From Opitutia bacterium KCR 482 (GTDB lineage Bacteria; Verrucomicrobiota; Verrucomicrobiia; Opitutales; Intestinicryptomonadaceae), in contig CP149973.1 in assembly GCA_029269845.2 (NCBI GenBank), forward strand, positions 1,440,001 through 1,472,000: a DNA stretch of 32,000 nt, given 5' to 3'. This document shows, piece by piece, positions 7,856-18,105 of the stretch. Below the pieces are notes generated by a model. The model worked only from the letters and a program-made list of their open reading frames with translations. It did not search any database and was not told the DNA's origin. Each line of letters opens with the position of its first letter. Within the stretch, counting starts at the first letter, position 1. Made by a program: the position numbers and the translations under genes.

Positions 7856-8859
7856 TATTTTGACCTGTCTGCGTTTTGAAGCGAAGCCTCTATTAGATTC
7901 AAGAGCTTCGGATAGAACGTGTTGATTGTTTCGCCCTCGGCGGTGAAGCCCGCCGCCGCAAGGTGTCCGCCGCCGCCGAAATGTGCGGCGATTTCGTTGA
8001 CTTTGTATTCGGGCGTTTTTGCGCGGAGGCTTCCCTTGACGCCGTTTTTCATGTCTTCGAGAAGCACCGCGATGTCCACGCCGTCCACGCTTCTTGCGTA
8101 GTCAACAAGTCCGTCGCTGTCCGCCTTTTCCGCGCCCGTTTTTTCGTAGACGCCTTCGGGCAACAGCCCTATGCAGACGCGCCCGTCGAAGTGCATTGTG
8201 AGCGTTTGGAGGTACGACGCCAAAAGTTTGAGTTTTGCGAATTTCTCGCGCTGGTAGAGCTGTATTGCGACCCACGCCGCGTCCGCGCCCGCCTTGACGA
8301 GCGACGTCGCGATTTCGAAAGTTTTTGTGCGCGTCGATGTTGTCGTGAACTGCCGCGTGTCCATGACAATTCCCATGTAGAGCCTGTTTGCGGTCTCTTT
8401 GGAGATTTCAAGCCCCGCGTCGAGCGCAAGGCCGCCGATAAGCTCGGCAGTCGCCCCCGCCTTTGCGTCGATTATGTTGATTTTTGCCGACGGGCGGTTT
8501 GTCGCGTGGTGGTCTATGCACGCCAGCGGTTCGGGGAAGCGTTTGCAGAGCGAGAGGTTTGTCCGCGCGTAGTCGGCGCAGTCTACCGTCATGATGTCGA
8601 AGGACGCGTCGTCGAAAGTTTCGGCGTCGAGCATTGTTTCGCCGACCGCGAAATTTTCGTAGAGGTAGGGTACTTTGTTTTGGTTCACGCACACGACAAC
8701 CGCTGCGCCCGCCTGCCGCAGAAAGTCGGCGGCGGCAAATTGCGAGGAAATGCAGTCGCCGTCTGGGCGCATGTGTCCCGCGACCGCGATTTTCCTGCCG
8801 CGGGCGGCGTCCAGCAGCGCCCTGAATTCTTCGGCGTATTCGGGGAAGAGTAGGCTCAT
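7855..8859 (-). CDS. nrnA: DHH/DHHA1 phosphoesterase (NrnA-type oligoribonuclease / pAp phosphatase)
   Basis: 334 aa. Motifs seen: AGHMRPDGDCISS, DCAD, CIDHHATN and the DHHA1 block GGGGHLAAAGF. It overlaps rbfA by 4 bp. Confidence 0.8.
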   Translation of the reverse strand: MSLLFPEYAEEFRALLDAARGRKIAVAGHMRPDGDCISSQFAAADFLRQAGAAVVVCVNQNKVPYLYENFAVGETMLDAETFDDASFDIMTVDCADYARTNLSLCKRFPEPLACIDHHATNRPSAKINIIDAKAGATAELIGGLALDAGLEISKETANRLYMGIVMDTRQFTTTSTRTKTFEIATSLVKAGADAAWVAIQLYQREKFAKLKLLASYLQTLTMHFDGRVCIGLLPEGVYEKTGAEKADSDGLVDYARSVDGVDIAVLLEDMKNGVKGSLRAKTPEYKVNEIAAHFGGGGHLAAAGFTAEGETINTFYPKLLNLIEASLQNADRSK

Positions 8860-9227
8860 TCGGGCTTTTCCGCTTCCCCTTCGGTCTTTTGTCCGGCGTC
8901 GATTTCGTCGATTGCCGCGAGTATTTTAAGCGCGCGTTCGCCCGACGCGTCGAAAATGAATTGTAGGTCGGGCGAGTATTTCAGCACCACTTTCTTGGAG
9001 AGCATTTGTCGCAGTTCCTTTTTTATCGACGCCAAAAACTTGCCCGCCCGCGCGATGTTTTCGCGGTTTCCGAGCGCGGAATAGTAGATTTTCGCGTTTC
9101 TTAGATCGGGCGAGACGTCCGCCTCCGTCAGCGTGATTGACACCGACTCCGAACGCCAGCGACTGTGCAGCAGCGCGCTAAGCTCTTGGAGTATCAATTC
9201 GCCGACTCTGATTTTGCGCTGTCCCAT
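8856..9227 (-). CDS. rbfA: ribosome-binding factor A
   Basis: 123 aa. RVGELILQELSALL...ITLTEADVSPDLRNAKIYYS...LKYSPDLQFIFD is typical of RbfA, and it sits directly downstream of infB. Confidence 0.9.
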   Translation of the reverse strand: MGQRKIRVGELILQELSALLHSRWRSESVSITLTEADVSPDLRNAKIYYSALGNRENIARAGKFLASIKKELRQMLSKKVVLKYSPDLQFIFDASGERALKILAAIDEIDAGQKTEGEAEKPE

Positions 9228-9230
9228 ATT

Positions 9231-11804
9231 TTAGAGGTCGGGTCTGATTTCGAGGATTTCGAAGCATTCGATAACGTCGCCCGTTTCGAATTCGTCGAAG
9301 TTGTTGAGCGAGATGCCGCATTCGTAGCCCGCGCGGACTTCCGAAACGTCGTCCTTGAAGCGTTTGATGTCGAATATCTTGCCCTTCGAAATTTCCCTGC
9401 CCTTGCGGAACACCCTCGCGAACTTGTCGCGCTTGACAAGCCCTTCGGTGACCATGCAGCCCGCGACCTTTCCGCCTTTCGAGACGTTGAAGAGTGCGCG
9501 CACTTCCGCCGCGCCGAGTTTGTTTTCGCGCAGTTCGGGTTCGAGGAGGTTTTTCATCGCGTCGCGAACCATGTTGATGAGTTCGTAGATGATGTTGTGC
9601 GTGATGAAATCAACGCCCTTGTGCTTTGCGTAGCCCGAAACGCCGTTTTCCATCTTGACGTTGAACGCCACGATAGACGCGTTTGCGGTTGCCGCGAAAT
9701 CGACGTCGGTTTTCGAGATTTGCCCGACGCCGCTTGAAATTACTTCGAGCTTTACCTTGTCGCTCTTGATGTCCTCCAAGCAGGCGACGAGCGCTTCCAC
9801 CGTGCCCGAAACGTCGCTCTTTACGACGCACCTGAAAATCTTTTGGTCTTTGTTTTCGATTGCCGCCATCAGCTCTTCGAGGCTTGTGGGCTTGGGGGCG
9901 ACTTCCGCCGCCTCCGCCTTTTTGCGTTCGAGGATTGCCTCTTCGGTCATCTTTCGCGCGGTTCTGTCGTTTTCGACGCGCTTGAAAGATTCGCCCGCTT
10001 CGGGCGCGCCCGTCCAGCCCATTACGACCGCAGGGGTTGCGGGGGTTGCGTTGTTCATCTTTTTGCCCCTGTCGTCGAGCAATGCGCGCACTTTGCACCA
10101 GTTTTCGCCGCAGACGAGCACGTCGCCGGGCTTCATTGTTCCCGCGCGGACGATGACAGTCGATGTTGCGCCGCGGCCGGCTTCGAGCTGGCTTTCAATT
10201 ACAACGCCTTCTACCGTCGCCTTCGGGTTTGCCTTCAAGTCCATCATTTCGGCTTGCAGAAGCACGAGTTCGAGCAGTTTGTCGATGTTCGTGTTTTTGA
10301 GCGCGGAAATCGGCGTGCAGAGCACTTCGCCGCCCCAGTCTTCCGAGGTGATTCCGCGCTTTTGCATTTGCTGTTTTACGCGGTCGATATTCGCGCCCTT
10401 TGCGTCCATTTTGTTGATCGCAACAACAATCGGCACGCCCGCCTTTTGGGCGAAGTTAAGGGCTTCGTCGGTCTGCGGCATGAAGCCGTCGTCTGCGGCG
10501 ACGACAAGAATGGCGATGTCGGTCACATTCGCGCCGCGTTCGCGCATTTTAGAGAACGCCGCGTGTCCTGGGGTGTCGAGGAAAGTGATTTTCTTGCCGC
10601 CGCAGTCCACCTGATAGGCGGCGGTGTGCTGGGTGATTCCGCCCGCTTCGCCCGCGACGACGTTCGTGTTTCTGATTGTGTCGAGCAGCGTGGTTTTGCC
10701 GTGGTCGACGTGTCCGAGTATGCAGACGATGGGCGGGCGCGGGACGTAGTTTTTGATGTCGTCTTCTATGCGCTTTGCCATTTCGCGCTTTGCGGCGGCG
10801 GCGGCAAGCTGCTGCTGCTGTTGTTCGCCCCTGTGCTTGATGTCGAGGTCGAAGCCGTGGTTGAGCGCGATTCTGATTGCGACAGGCTCTTCAATCGCCT
10901 GATTCATCGAGGCGAAGATGCCCATGTCCATGAGTTCCGAAATGAGGCGGAAAGGCTTTACGTCTATGGATTTTGCGAAGTCGCGCACAATGATGGGCGG
11001 CTTTACCATGATTGTCTTGCGCTTTGCGCCGTCGGCTGCGGGAGCGGCGGCGTCTTTCGGCGCGGTCGGCGGCACAGCGGGCGCGGGGGCGCGGCGCGCC
11101 ATAGGCGGCACGAGCGGCGCGGGGCTGCGCGACGGCACGGGCGGAACGACCGGCGCGGGAGCGCGGTTAATCGGCGGCACAGCGTGAGCGGAAGACGCGG
11201 GGCGCGAGGGCATTTGCACGCGCGGCGGCTGTTTCGGTTCGCTCCTGATGACCACTTCGGGCTGCCTGTTCTGCTCCTGCCTCGGAGTGCTCGGCGGTAC
11301 GGAGGGCATTGAAATTTTCGGGCGCGACACAAAGGGCGGCGGAACTACCGGCGCGGGTTTGCGCACGGGCGCGGGCGGGGGCGTCATGACGGGCGGTTTC
11401 GAGACCGTCGGGGGCGTTTTCACCGCGGGAGCTGGGGGAGGGGGCGGCGGTGTTGCCGCTTTTTGTTCCTCCGCTTTGGGGGCGGGGTTGGCCTCCTCCT
11501 TTTTTGCGGCTTCCTCCGCCTTCTTTTCGGCTTCGACTTCCGCCGCAGTCTTTACGACCTTTTTAGGTTCTTCCGCCTTTTCGGGCGCGGGAGCGGCGTC
11601 TGCGGCGGCTTCGGGCTTTGCGTTTGCCGCCGTCGCGGTTGCTTTGTAGTCGTTGGCTATTTCTTCGGCATACAGGGGCGCGATTGCGTTGGACGACGTT
11701 TTAATCTCCAAGCCGTATTTGTCTTTGCGCTGGTTGATGAAATCAATCAGCTCTTTGCTCGGTATGTTTAGTTCCTTGGCTAAGGCGTGTATTCTGATGC
11801 TCAT
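9231..11804 (-). CDS. infB: translation initiation factor IF-2
   Basis: 857 aa. A Pro/Ala-rich N-terminal linker is followed by the GTPase domain ([26 protein letters not shown]) and the C-terminal IF-2 domains. Confidence 0.95.
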   Translation of the reverse strand: MSIRIHALAKELNIPSKELIDFINQRKDKYGLEIKTSSNAIAPLYAEEIANDYKATATAANAKPEAAADAAPAPEKAEEPKKVVKTAAEVEAEKKAEEAAKKEEANPAPKAEEQKAATPPPPPPAPAVKTPPTVSKPPVMTPPPAPVRKPAPVVPPPFVSRPKISMPSVPPSTPRQEQNRQPEVVIRSEPKQPPRVQMPSRPASSAHAVPPINRAPAPVVPPVPSRSPAPLVPPMARRAPAPAVPPTAPKDAAAPAADGAKRKTIMVKPPIIVRDFAKSIDVKPFRLISELMDMGIFASMNQAIEEPVAIRIALNHGFDLDIKHRGEQQQQQLAAAAAKREMAKRIEDDIKNYVPRPPIVCILGHVDHGKTTLLDTIRNTNVVAGEAGGITQHTAAYQVDCGGKKITFLDTPGHAAFSKMRERGANVTDIAILVVAADDGFMPQTDEALNFAQKAGVPIVVAINKMDAKGANIDRVKQQMQKRGITSEDWGGEVLCTPISALKNTNIDKLLELVLLQAEMMDLKANPKATVEGVVIESQLEAGRGATSTVIVRAGTMKPGDVLVCGENWCKVRALLDDRGKKMNNATPATPAVVMGWTGAPEAGESFKRVENDRTARKMTEEAILERKKAEAAEVAPKPTSLEELMAAIENKDQKIFRCVVKSDVSGTVEALVACLEDIKSDKVKLEVISSGVGQISKTDVDFAATANASIVAFNVKMENGVSGYAKHKGVDFITHNIIYELINMVRDAMKNLLEPELRENKLGAAEVRALFNVSKGGKVAGCMVTEGLVKRDKFARVFRKGREISKGKIFDIKRFKDDVSEVRAGYECGISLNNFDEFETGDVIECFEILEIRPDL

Positions 11805-11843
11805 TTATAGCCCTGTTTTTTACTTGTTCTTTTCCGCAAAGTT

Positions 11844-13097
11844 CTATTGCGCCTGATGCTGTCTTACCGCTTCGATGATTTTTGCGGCTTCGGCTTCGTC
11901 AAAGCCGACATTCACGAGGTCGTGCGCTTCCGCGCCTTCGAAAGCTTCGAGGGTGGTGAAGCCCCTGTCTACGAGCATGCAAAGCTCTTCGAACGAGAGC
12001 GTCGGCAACGCCTTTGCGAGCGATTCCGCCGCCTGCACAATCTTTTCGTCGAATCCCGCAACTTCCGCCGCCTCTTTTACGACGTCGAGCTTCCAGCCCA
12101 ACAGGCGCGACGTGAGTTTCGCGTTCGAGCCGCGCTTCCCGATTACCACCGAGAGGTCGGCTTCGGACACTTCGAACGAAATGATTTTGTTGAAATTGTC
12201 CACCTTTACGTTCTTTGCGACTGCGGGTTTAATGCACTCTTCCAAGAGTGTAATCGGGTCGGGCGAGTATTTGATGACGTCGATTTTCTCGCCGTTAAGC
12301 TCTCTGACAATGCTCTTCACGCGCGAGCCGCCCGCGCCGACGCACGCGCCCACGGGGTCGATGCGGGGGTCTGCGGAGCTTACGGCAATCTTCGTGCGGT
12401 AGCCGGGTTCGCGCGCCATTGCCTCAATCTTGACCGAGCCGTCGGCGATTTCCGAGACTTCCAAGTCGAAAAGTCTGCGCACGAATTTGTAGCTTGCGCG
12501 GCTGAGGATAATTTCCGGGCCGCGCGGCGAGTTGTCTATTTCCAGAAGCAGGCAGCGGATTCTTTCGCCCGCGCCGTAGTCTTCGCCGGGGACGCATTCG
12601 CGCTTGGGCATGATAGCCTCGGCCTTGCCGAGGTCCACTACAAACGCGCCCTTTTCGCGGCGGCGGACTGTGCCCGATACGATGTCGCCCACAACGTCTT
12701 TATAGTCGTCGAAAATTCTCTCCTTTTCGAACTGGCGGACTTTCTGGATTATGCTCTGGTATACGTTCTTTGCCGCGATGCGTCCGAGGTTGGAAAGGTC
12801 TATTTCGCGTTCGATGACGTCGCCGATTTGGGCGTCGGGCTTGATGAGTTTCGCCTTGTCGATGTGGATTTGCGTTGCGGGGTCTGCGACGCTGTCGCTT
12901 ACCGTAAGCAGCGCCCACGATTTCAGCGCGCCCGACTTGGGGTTGATGTCGATTTTAAGGTCGTATCCCGCATGCGCGCTCTTGGAGGCAGCATTTTTGA
13001 TTGCCGCCGCGATTGATTCAATCATGTCCTGACGGCTTATCTGCTTCTCTTTTTCCATGTATTCGAGAATTGCCAAAATTTCGCTGCTGTTGCTCAT
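11844..13097 (-). CDS. nusA: transcription termination/antitermination factor NusA
   Basis: 417 aa. N-terminal domain, S1 domain ([28 protein letters not shown]), KH1/KH2 ([33 protein letters not shown]) and a C-terminal HhH-type repeat. ATG confirmed at 13097. Confidence 0.95.
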   Translation of the reverse strand: MSNSSEILAILEYMEKEKQISRQDMIESIAAAIKNAASKSAHAGYDLKIDINPKSGALKSWALLTVSDSVADPATQIHIDKAKLIKPDAQIGDVIEREIDLSNLGRIAAKNVYQSIIQKVRQFEKERIFDDYKDVVGDIVSGTVRRREKGAFVVDLGKAEAIMPKRECVPGEDYGAGERIRCLLLEIDNSPRGPEIILSRASYKFVRRLFDLEVSEIADGSVKIEAMAREPGYRTKIAVSSADPRIDPVGACVGAGGSRVKSIVRELNGEKIDVIKYSPDPITLLEECIKPAVAKNVKVDNFNKIISFEVSEADLSVVIGKRGSNAKLTSRLLGWKLDVVKEAAEVAGFDEKIVQAAESLAKALPTLSFEELCMLVDRGFTTLEAFEGAEAHDLVNVGFDEAEAAKIIEAVRQHQAQ

Positions 13098-13149
13098 ATT
13101 ATATTCTTTCGGGATTTAATTGTGTAATTTTCGGTATTTTTGCGTGTAG

Positions 13150-13178
13150 ACAAAAAAGAGCGGGCAAAGCCCACTCCG
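13150..13178 (-). terminator. hairpin plus U6 in the nusA leader (candidate attenuator)
   Basis: The minus strand reads GAGTGGGC-ttt-GCCCGCTC (one G-U pair) followed by TTTTTT, ending about 55 nt upstream of the nusA ATG. It lies downstream of a separate, stronger terminator at 13316..13343. Confidence 0.45.
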
Positions 13179-13190
13179 AGTCTGTGTCAA

Positions 13191-13219
13191 ATAATTCTAT
13201 CTATATTCTTTCAAGTCAA
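13191..13219 (-). promoter_or_regulatory. candidate sigma-70-like promoter for the nusA operon
   Basis: The minus strand reads TTGACT, a 17-nt spacer, then AATTAT, within an AT-rich stretch. The -10 element is weak. A perfect TTGACA at 13185..13190 (minus) has no matching -10. Confidence 0.25.
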
Positions 13220-13315
13220 GTAAAAAAATAGCGCAGTAGGGGTCGGGTGTGGCGGTTTGTCCGCAGCGCGTCGGCGGAAAGGGTGTTTTCCGCTTTTCAG
13301 CCGCGCGCTGGGCGC

Positions 13316-13343
13316 AAAAAAACGCGCCGTGTTTTGCGGCGCG
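13316..13343 (-). terminator. rho-independent terminator after the 300-aa secreted protein gene
   Basis: The minus strand reads CGCGCCG-caaaaca-CGGCGCG followed by T7. Confidence 0.65.
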
Positions 13344-13368
13344 TGCGGTTCTTAAATTCCGTTTGCGG

Positions 13369-14271
13369 CTACTTGACTTCCAGAATGTAGTCTTTCTGGC
13401 TTTTGCCGTCGAGCGAGCCGAGCTTGATTGTGTAGTCAAGCCCGCCCTGCGCCGTCGTCGAGCCGAGCGAAACGTTTTTGCCGTTGAACGTTATCGAGCG
13501 GAATTTGCCCGCAGGGGCTTTTTTTCCCGTGCTTGCCAAGAGCGGGTAGACGCCTTTTTTGAGCTTTCCCTTTACGTTTACTTTAAGCTCCGCATTCGAG
13601 ACATTCGCGCTCTTGACCGAAATCGACGGCATTTTGCCGTCCTTTTCGTTGAAGACGAGGCGGAAGTGGAGATCGGGCATTTCCGCCATGATGGAGTCGA
13701 GCACAAGTTCGCCCTTGGCGTTGATTTGCGAGTTGCCCGTGAGGTCAATCGTCGCGCCCGAGTGGTTTTTTACGGGCTTGACGTATATTGCGGGCATTGT
13801 GAACATGATGTTGCCTGTCATGTCCATTTTTGTGTCCTCCAAATAGAGGGTGCTGCTTCCCATTTCCTTGCATTTTTCCCAAACCGAGAATTGCAGCGAG
13901 CCGTTGAGCGCAACTTGGCTCTTGCGCAATTTCAGGAAGTTTACCGACTTTGTCCAGCCGCCGTGGTTGAAGTAAATCTCTTTTGTGGTGAGCTTTTTGC
14001 CGTCCATTACCGCGCGGGTGTCGTACATTACGGAAAGCCCTCTGCATTCGACGGGCATGTCGATTACAAAGTCTTTGTTTCTGGTTTTCAGCCAAACATA
14101 GTCTTTGCGACCGGGTTTGCCCTTCATCGGGACGGGGTTGTTGTGGGGGTCTGACTCCCATTCGCAGGTCGAGAATTTTCCCGATTTTCCCTTGATTACA
14201 GTGGAGAATCCGAGCGCGAACACTTCGGAGACCGCAAAAATTGCCGTTAAAACCAACAGATATTTCTTCAT
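13369..14271 (-). CDS. secreted hypothetical protein (signal peptide; beta-rich, surface-protein-like)
   Basis: 300 aa. N-terminal signal peptide MKKYLLVLTAIFAVSEVFA. The composition is Lys/Asn/Ser/Gly-rich, with alternating patterns typical of beta-helix or adhesin-like proteins. GC is about 47%. I recognise no family motif. Confidence 0.7.
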   Translation of the reverse strand: MKKYLLVLTAIFAVSEVFALGFSTVIKGKSGKFSTCEWESDPHNNPVPMKGKPGRKDYVWLKTRNKDFVIDMPVECRGLSVMYDTRAVMDGKKLTTKEIYFNHGGWTKSVNFLKLRKSQVALNGSLQFSVWEKCKEMGSSTLYLEDTKMDMTGNIMFTMPAIYVKPVKNHSGATIDLTGNSQINAKGELVLDSIMAEMPDLHFRLVFNEKDGKMPSISVKSANVSNAELKVNVKGKLKKGVYPLLASTGKKAPAGKFRSITFNGKNVSLGSTTAQGGLDYTIKLGSLDGKSQKDYILEVK

Positions 14272-14326
14272 GTCTTAAAGGTAATTTACGTTTGCCTTTC
14301 GTGTCAATTTTATAAACATCGCAAAC

Positions 14327-14995
14327 ATGAAAAAGGTTTTGTCGGCATTTATACTGCTTTTTGCCGCCGCAGTGTCGGCGTTCGGCGGCGCGAAGAAAAT
14401 CGACGCAAGCTCCAACGAAAAATTGCAGGAGACGTTCTTCGAGGCTTTGACCGCCATCGAAAACGACGGGCAGCAGCAGGCGTTTGCCTCCGCAATGGCG
14501 ACAATCGGCGTCGTGCTTTCGCAGAAATACGGCGAGACCGCCGCGCACAAAAAATATGTCGAGCTTGTCAACGGCAAGACCGCCGACGAAATCGTAGCCC
14601 TCGCAAAGTCGATGACTCCCCAGCTCAGAGGGACTGCCAAGCGCGTTGACGGCAAGAGCGCGGAGTCTTTCAACGCGAGCGTCGGGCGAATGCTCATAGG
14701 CGTGTCGCTCGATAAGCAACGCCGCTTTTCCGCCGCGGTCGCGAAAATCATGTACGACGCCGAGCAGAAAAAACTCACCGAGACCGATGTCGCAAAAATG
14801 CTCGACGGCAAGACCGTTGACGAGGTGATAGATTTTGCCGCCCCCATAAAAACGCCATTCCCCACGAACGAGTCCGAAGAGTTCTATCTCACCCCCGTAT
14901 CGAAAGAGGAGCTTCGGGCGCGAAAGATAATCCCCGCCGAGGACGAAGCTCCGCAGCCGTATTCGAAATCTCTTGTGCCTACCTCCGCAAAATAG
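14327..14995 (+). CDS. secreted hypothetical protein with an internal (N/D)GKT(A/V)DE(I/V) repeat
   Basis: 222 aa. Signal peptide MKKVLSAFILLFAAAVSAFG. There are two related helical modules (ELVNGKTADEIVALAKSM and KMLDGKTVDEVIDFAAPI). It is transcribed divergently from 13369..14271 across a 55-bp gap. Confidence 0.7.
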   Translation: MKKVLSAFILLFAAAVSAFGGAKKIDASSNEKLQETFFEALTAIENDGQQQAFASAMATIGVVLSQKYGETAAHKKYVELVNGKTADEIVALAKSMTPQLRGTAKRVDGKSAESFNASVGRMLIGVSLDKQRRFSAAVAKIMYDAEQKKLTETDVAKMLDGKTVDEVIDFAAPIKTPFPTNESEEFYLTPVSKEELRARKIIPAEDEAPQPYSKSLVPTSAK

Positions 14996-15149
14996 CGGCG
15001 TGCGCGGTTGCGCGATGTTTTCAATCGCCCACGCGGCGGGCTTGGTCGGAGACGCGGCGGGCTTTGAAATTTCGGCGTTTTTTGCCCGCGGGTTTTGTTT
15101 GTGCGTTTCGCGCGGAGCGTGTCGGCATTGGGCGTTTTGTATATAATAA

Positions 15150-15190
15150 AAGACGGACTGCCCCTTGCGGGAGAGTCCGTCTTTGTTTTC
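15150..15190. terminator. bidirectional terminator between the convergent secreted-protein gene and the GH78 gene
   Basis: A long hairpin, AAGACGGACT...AGTCCGTCTT, is flanked by an A-run upstream and TGTTTT downstream. Confidence 0.6.
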
Positions 15191-15205
15191 GGAGTTTGCG
15201 TCGCG

Positions 15206-17995
15206 CTATTTTGCGGCTTTGCGCGGTTCGCCCGCGCAGTGGGGGCGAAGGAGAATTTCGTAAGTGCCGCTTGGCGCATTTTCGATTGTCGGGAAGCCGT
15301 CGTCGAATGTCAGCGCGCTTGTTGCGAGCGGGCGTCCGTTTACGCGAATGCTGTTTGCGTTGCGTGTGGGGAATGTGATTTTGCCCGTTGCGTTCGGCGG
15401 AATTACCACCGTCCACTCCATTACGCCGTCGGTGATTTTCCACGATGACGACGCCGTTCCGTAGGGGGTTTCGTGCGTGGCGTTTGCGAACGTGAAGCCG
15501 CCGCCGGGCTTGGGCTGGAAGAGTATGTTTTTGTAGCCGGGGGCGTTTTCGTCGCGCCAAATGCCCGCAACGTCTTTGTAGAGCCACTGTCCGATTGCCC
15601 CGTATGCGTAGTGGTTGAACGAGTTCATGCCCGCCGAGCCGAAGCCCTTTTCGTGCGAGTAGCTGTTCCAGCGTTCCCACATTGTGGTTGCGCCCTGATT
15701 AATCGGGAATATCCACGACGGATAGCCTTCGTTGTTGGCGAGCCTGTACGCCAAGTCCATTCTGCCGAATCGCGTGAGGACGGGGTTGAGCAGCGGCGTT
15801 CCCACAAAGCCCGTGTTGAGCCTGTATCCGTCGCGCGCGATTGCCGAAACGAGTTTCCCGAAGATTTTTTCGCGCGAGGTTTCGGGGGCGATGTCGAATG
15901 CGAGCGTCAGCAGGTACGCCGTCTGGCTGTCGCTTTTCACCGTGCCGTCGGGCGAGACGTAGGCCTTGACGAACGCGGCGCGCACGTCGTCGGCGAGCTT
16001 TTCGAAGCGTTTTGCGTCGGCGTCTTTGCCGAGGATTTTCGCAACTTTTGCGGCGATGTCCGTACTGCGGACAAAATACGCCGTGCCGATGAGGTCTCTG
16101 GGAGCGTCGGAGTGGGCGGGGTTCGGCTTGCCGTTGGGTTGCAGCCAGTCGCCGAAGCCCGCGTCGGGGCGGATAAGGTCTTTCGAGGTTTTCCTCATGT
16201 ATTCAACCCAGCCGGCGATTGCCTCGTAGTTGTTTTCGAGAATTTTTTTGTCGCCGAAAGCAGCGTAGATTTCCCACGGGCAGATTGCGATTGCGTCCGC
16301 CCAGGCGGCTCTGCCCTGCGCCCCGAACACCGCGGGCGCGATTGCCGCGGGCGCGCCGAACTTCTTTGCGGAGTCGGCGAGGTCGAGCGTCCACTTTGTG
16401 AAGAACGCCGAGACGTCCATGTTGAACGCGGCGGTGGGAACGAACACCTGCGCGTCGCCCGTCCAGCCGAGGCGTTCGTCGCGCTGCGGGCAGTCTGTGG
16501 GCGTGGAGAAGAAGTTTGCGCGCTGTCCCCAGCGTATGCAGTTTTGGAGGGCGTTGATTTTCGGCTTCGAGCAGAAGAACGAGCCTGTATCGGGCATGTC
16601 GTTGTAGAGCACGACGCCGCTTACCCAGTCCGTCTGGGGTTCGATTTCGTCGGAAAGACCGCTGAGTTCCACGTATCTGAATCCGTGGTAGGTGAAGAGC
16701 GGCTCCCATTCGTCGGGTCTGATTCCGCCCGCGCTTGTGTAGAAGTCTTCCGAGAGCGCGGAGCGGTAGTTGTCGGTGTAGAGCGTGCCGTCCTGCTGGA
16801 GCATTTCGGCGAAGCGCAGTCTTACGGTTTTGCCGTAGCGGGCGGGAATTTTTATCCGCGCCCAGCCCGCGATGTTCTGCCCGAGGTCGAAAATGTATGT
16901 GCCCTTTGCGACTTTCCTGACGGAAACGGGCGTGAGAATGTCTTTTATGACAATCGGCTGGTTGCGGCGCGGTTCGAGAAGCGGCTTTGCCTCTACGTTC
17001 TTTTCGGCGGGCGTTTTCCAAGCGGAGTCGTCGAAGCCGTTTTTGTTCCAGTCGGGCATTTCCCTGCGGGCGTCGTAGGCTTCGCCGTCGTAGATGTCTG
17101 AGTAGAGAATCGCGCCGAAGGAGTATTTCCACGAGGCGTCGGTCGCCACCGTTTCGCGCGAGCCGTCGGCGTATTCGACTTCGATTTGCGCGAGGATTTC
17201 GGGGCGGTCTCCGTAGAAGCCGCGCGATTTTTTGTCGGAGCTCATTCTGCCCGAATACCAGCCGTCGGCGATTATCGCCCCGAAGGTATTTTTGCCGCGC
17301 CAGAGCATTTTCGTGATGTCGTAGGTGTTGGTTTGGATTCTTGTCTTGTAGTCTGTCCAGCCGGTTCCCCAGAAGTCGTTGCCGACTTTCTTGCCGTTGA
17401 TGTAGAATTGGAAAATGCCGCGGCTTGCCACATAGAGACGCGCCGACTTTATTTTCTTGCCGAAGTCCGCCTCTTTTCGGAGGTAGGTCGGCGGGAGGTA
17501 GTCTGCAACGTGTTCGTTTTTGTGCGAGGGGCGGTTTATTTTAACCGTTTTTGAAATGCGCGGATCGGGCGAGAAAATCCATTTCGCCAACCAGTCCGAA
17601 TTGTTCAAAAGCCCCGCTTCGAAGAAATTTGCGTCCGACCAGTCCGACGAGTTGCCGTCGGCGTCCCAGTAGCGGACGCGCCAGTAGAGGCGTTCTCGCG
17701 AGGAAAGCGGCTTGCCGCCGTAGGGCACTTTCACCGACTGCGACGAAAGCACCTTTCCGCTGTCCCACACGGGGATTTCGCCCCTGCCGTCGGGCGTTTT
17801 CATCACCGTAATTTGGTAGGCGGTTTGGACTGCGTTTTTTTCGCCGACAGGGAGTTTCCACGAAAACGTCGGGCTTTCGAGCGAATACCCCACGGGATTT
17901 TTGAAAAATTCCCCCACCGTGGTGTCGAAAGGTTTGTCGGCAAACGCCAACGCCGTCGAAAGCGCGATTGTTGCTGTAAAAATAAACTTTTTCAT
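15206..17995 (-). CDS. alpha-L-rhamnosidase, glycoside hydrolase family 78, secreted
   Basis: 929 aa. Signal peptide MKKFIFTATIALSTALAFAD. The N-terminal block QTAYQI...WDSGKV...LYWRVRYWD and the catalytic (alpha/alpha)6 region with PTDCPQRDERLGWTGD are characteristic of bacterial GH78 enzymes. Confidence 0.85.
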   Translation of the reverse strand: MKKFIFTATIALSTALAFADKPFDTTVGEFFKNPVGYSLESPTFSWKLPVGEKNAVQTAYQITVMKTPDGRGEIPVWDSGKVLSSQSVKVPYGGKPLSSRERLYWRVRYWDADGNSSDWSDANFFEAGLLNNSDWLAKWIFSPDPRISKTVKINRPSHKNEHVADYLPPTYLRKEADFGKKIKSARLYVASRGIFQFYINGKKVGNDFWGTGWTDYKTRIQTNTYDITKMLWRGKNTFGAIIADGWYSGRMSSDKKSRGFYGDRPEILAQIEVEYADGSRETVATDASWKYSFGAILYSDIYDGEAYDARREMPDWNKNGFDDSAWKTPAEKNVEAKPLLEPRRNQPIVIKDILTPVSVRKVAKGTYIFDLGQNIAGWARIKIPARYGKTVRLRFAEMLQQDGTLYTDNYRSALSEDFYTSAGGIRPDEWEPLFTYHGFRYVELSGLSDEIEPQTDWVSGVVLYNDMPDTGSFFCSKPKINALQNCIRWGQRANFFSTPTDCPQRDERLGWTGDAQVFVPTAAFNMDVSAFFTKWTLDLADSAKKFGAPAAIAPAVFGAQGRAAWADAIAICPWEIYAAFGDKKILENNYEAIAGWVEYMRKTSKDLIRPDAGFGDWLQPNGKPNPAHSDAPRDLIGTAYFVRSTDIAAKVAKILGKDADAKRFEKLADDVRAAFVKAYVSPDGTVKSDSQTAYLLTLAFDIAPETSREKIFGKLVSAIARDGYRLNTGFVGTPLLNPVLTRFGRMDLAYRLANNEGYPSWIFPINQGATTMWERWNSYSHEKGFGSAGMNSFNHYAYGAIGQWLYKDVAGIWRDENAPGYKNILFQPKPGGGFTFANATHETPYGTASSSWKITDGVMEWTVVIPPNATGKITFPTRNANSIRVNGRPLATSALTFDDGFPTIENAPSGTYEILLRPHCAGEPRKAAK

Positions 17996-18105
17996 AAAAT
18001 CATTATCCGTTTTTTGCGCTTCGCGTCAACTTTAATTTCTTGTCGTTGTATTCGAAAGTGTTGAAATTATTGTCTTTTCTTTTGTTTTCGGCTGCGCCTG
18101 TGCCG

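Noticed and set aside
10990-11670. Repetitive Pro/Ala/Lys-rich coding stretch that resembles a tandem repeat
   Set aside because: It is the low-complexity N-terminal linker of IF-2, which is common in this protein. It is in frame and is not a discrete repeat array.
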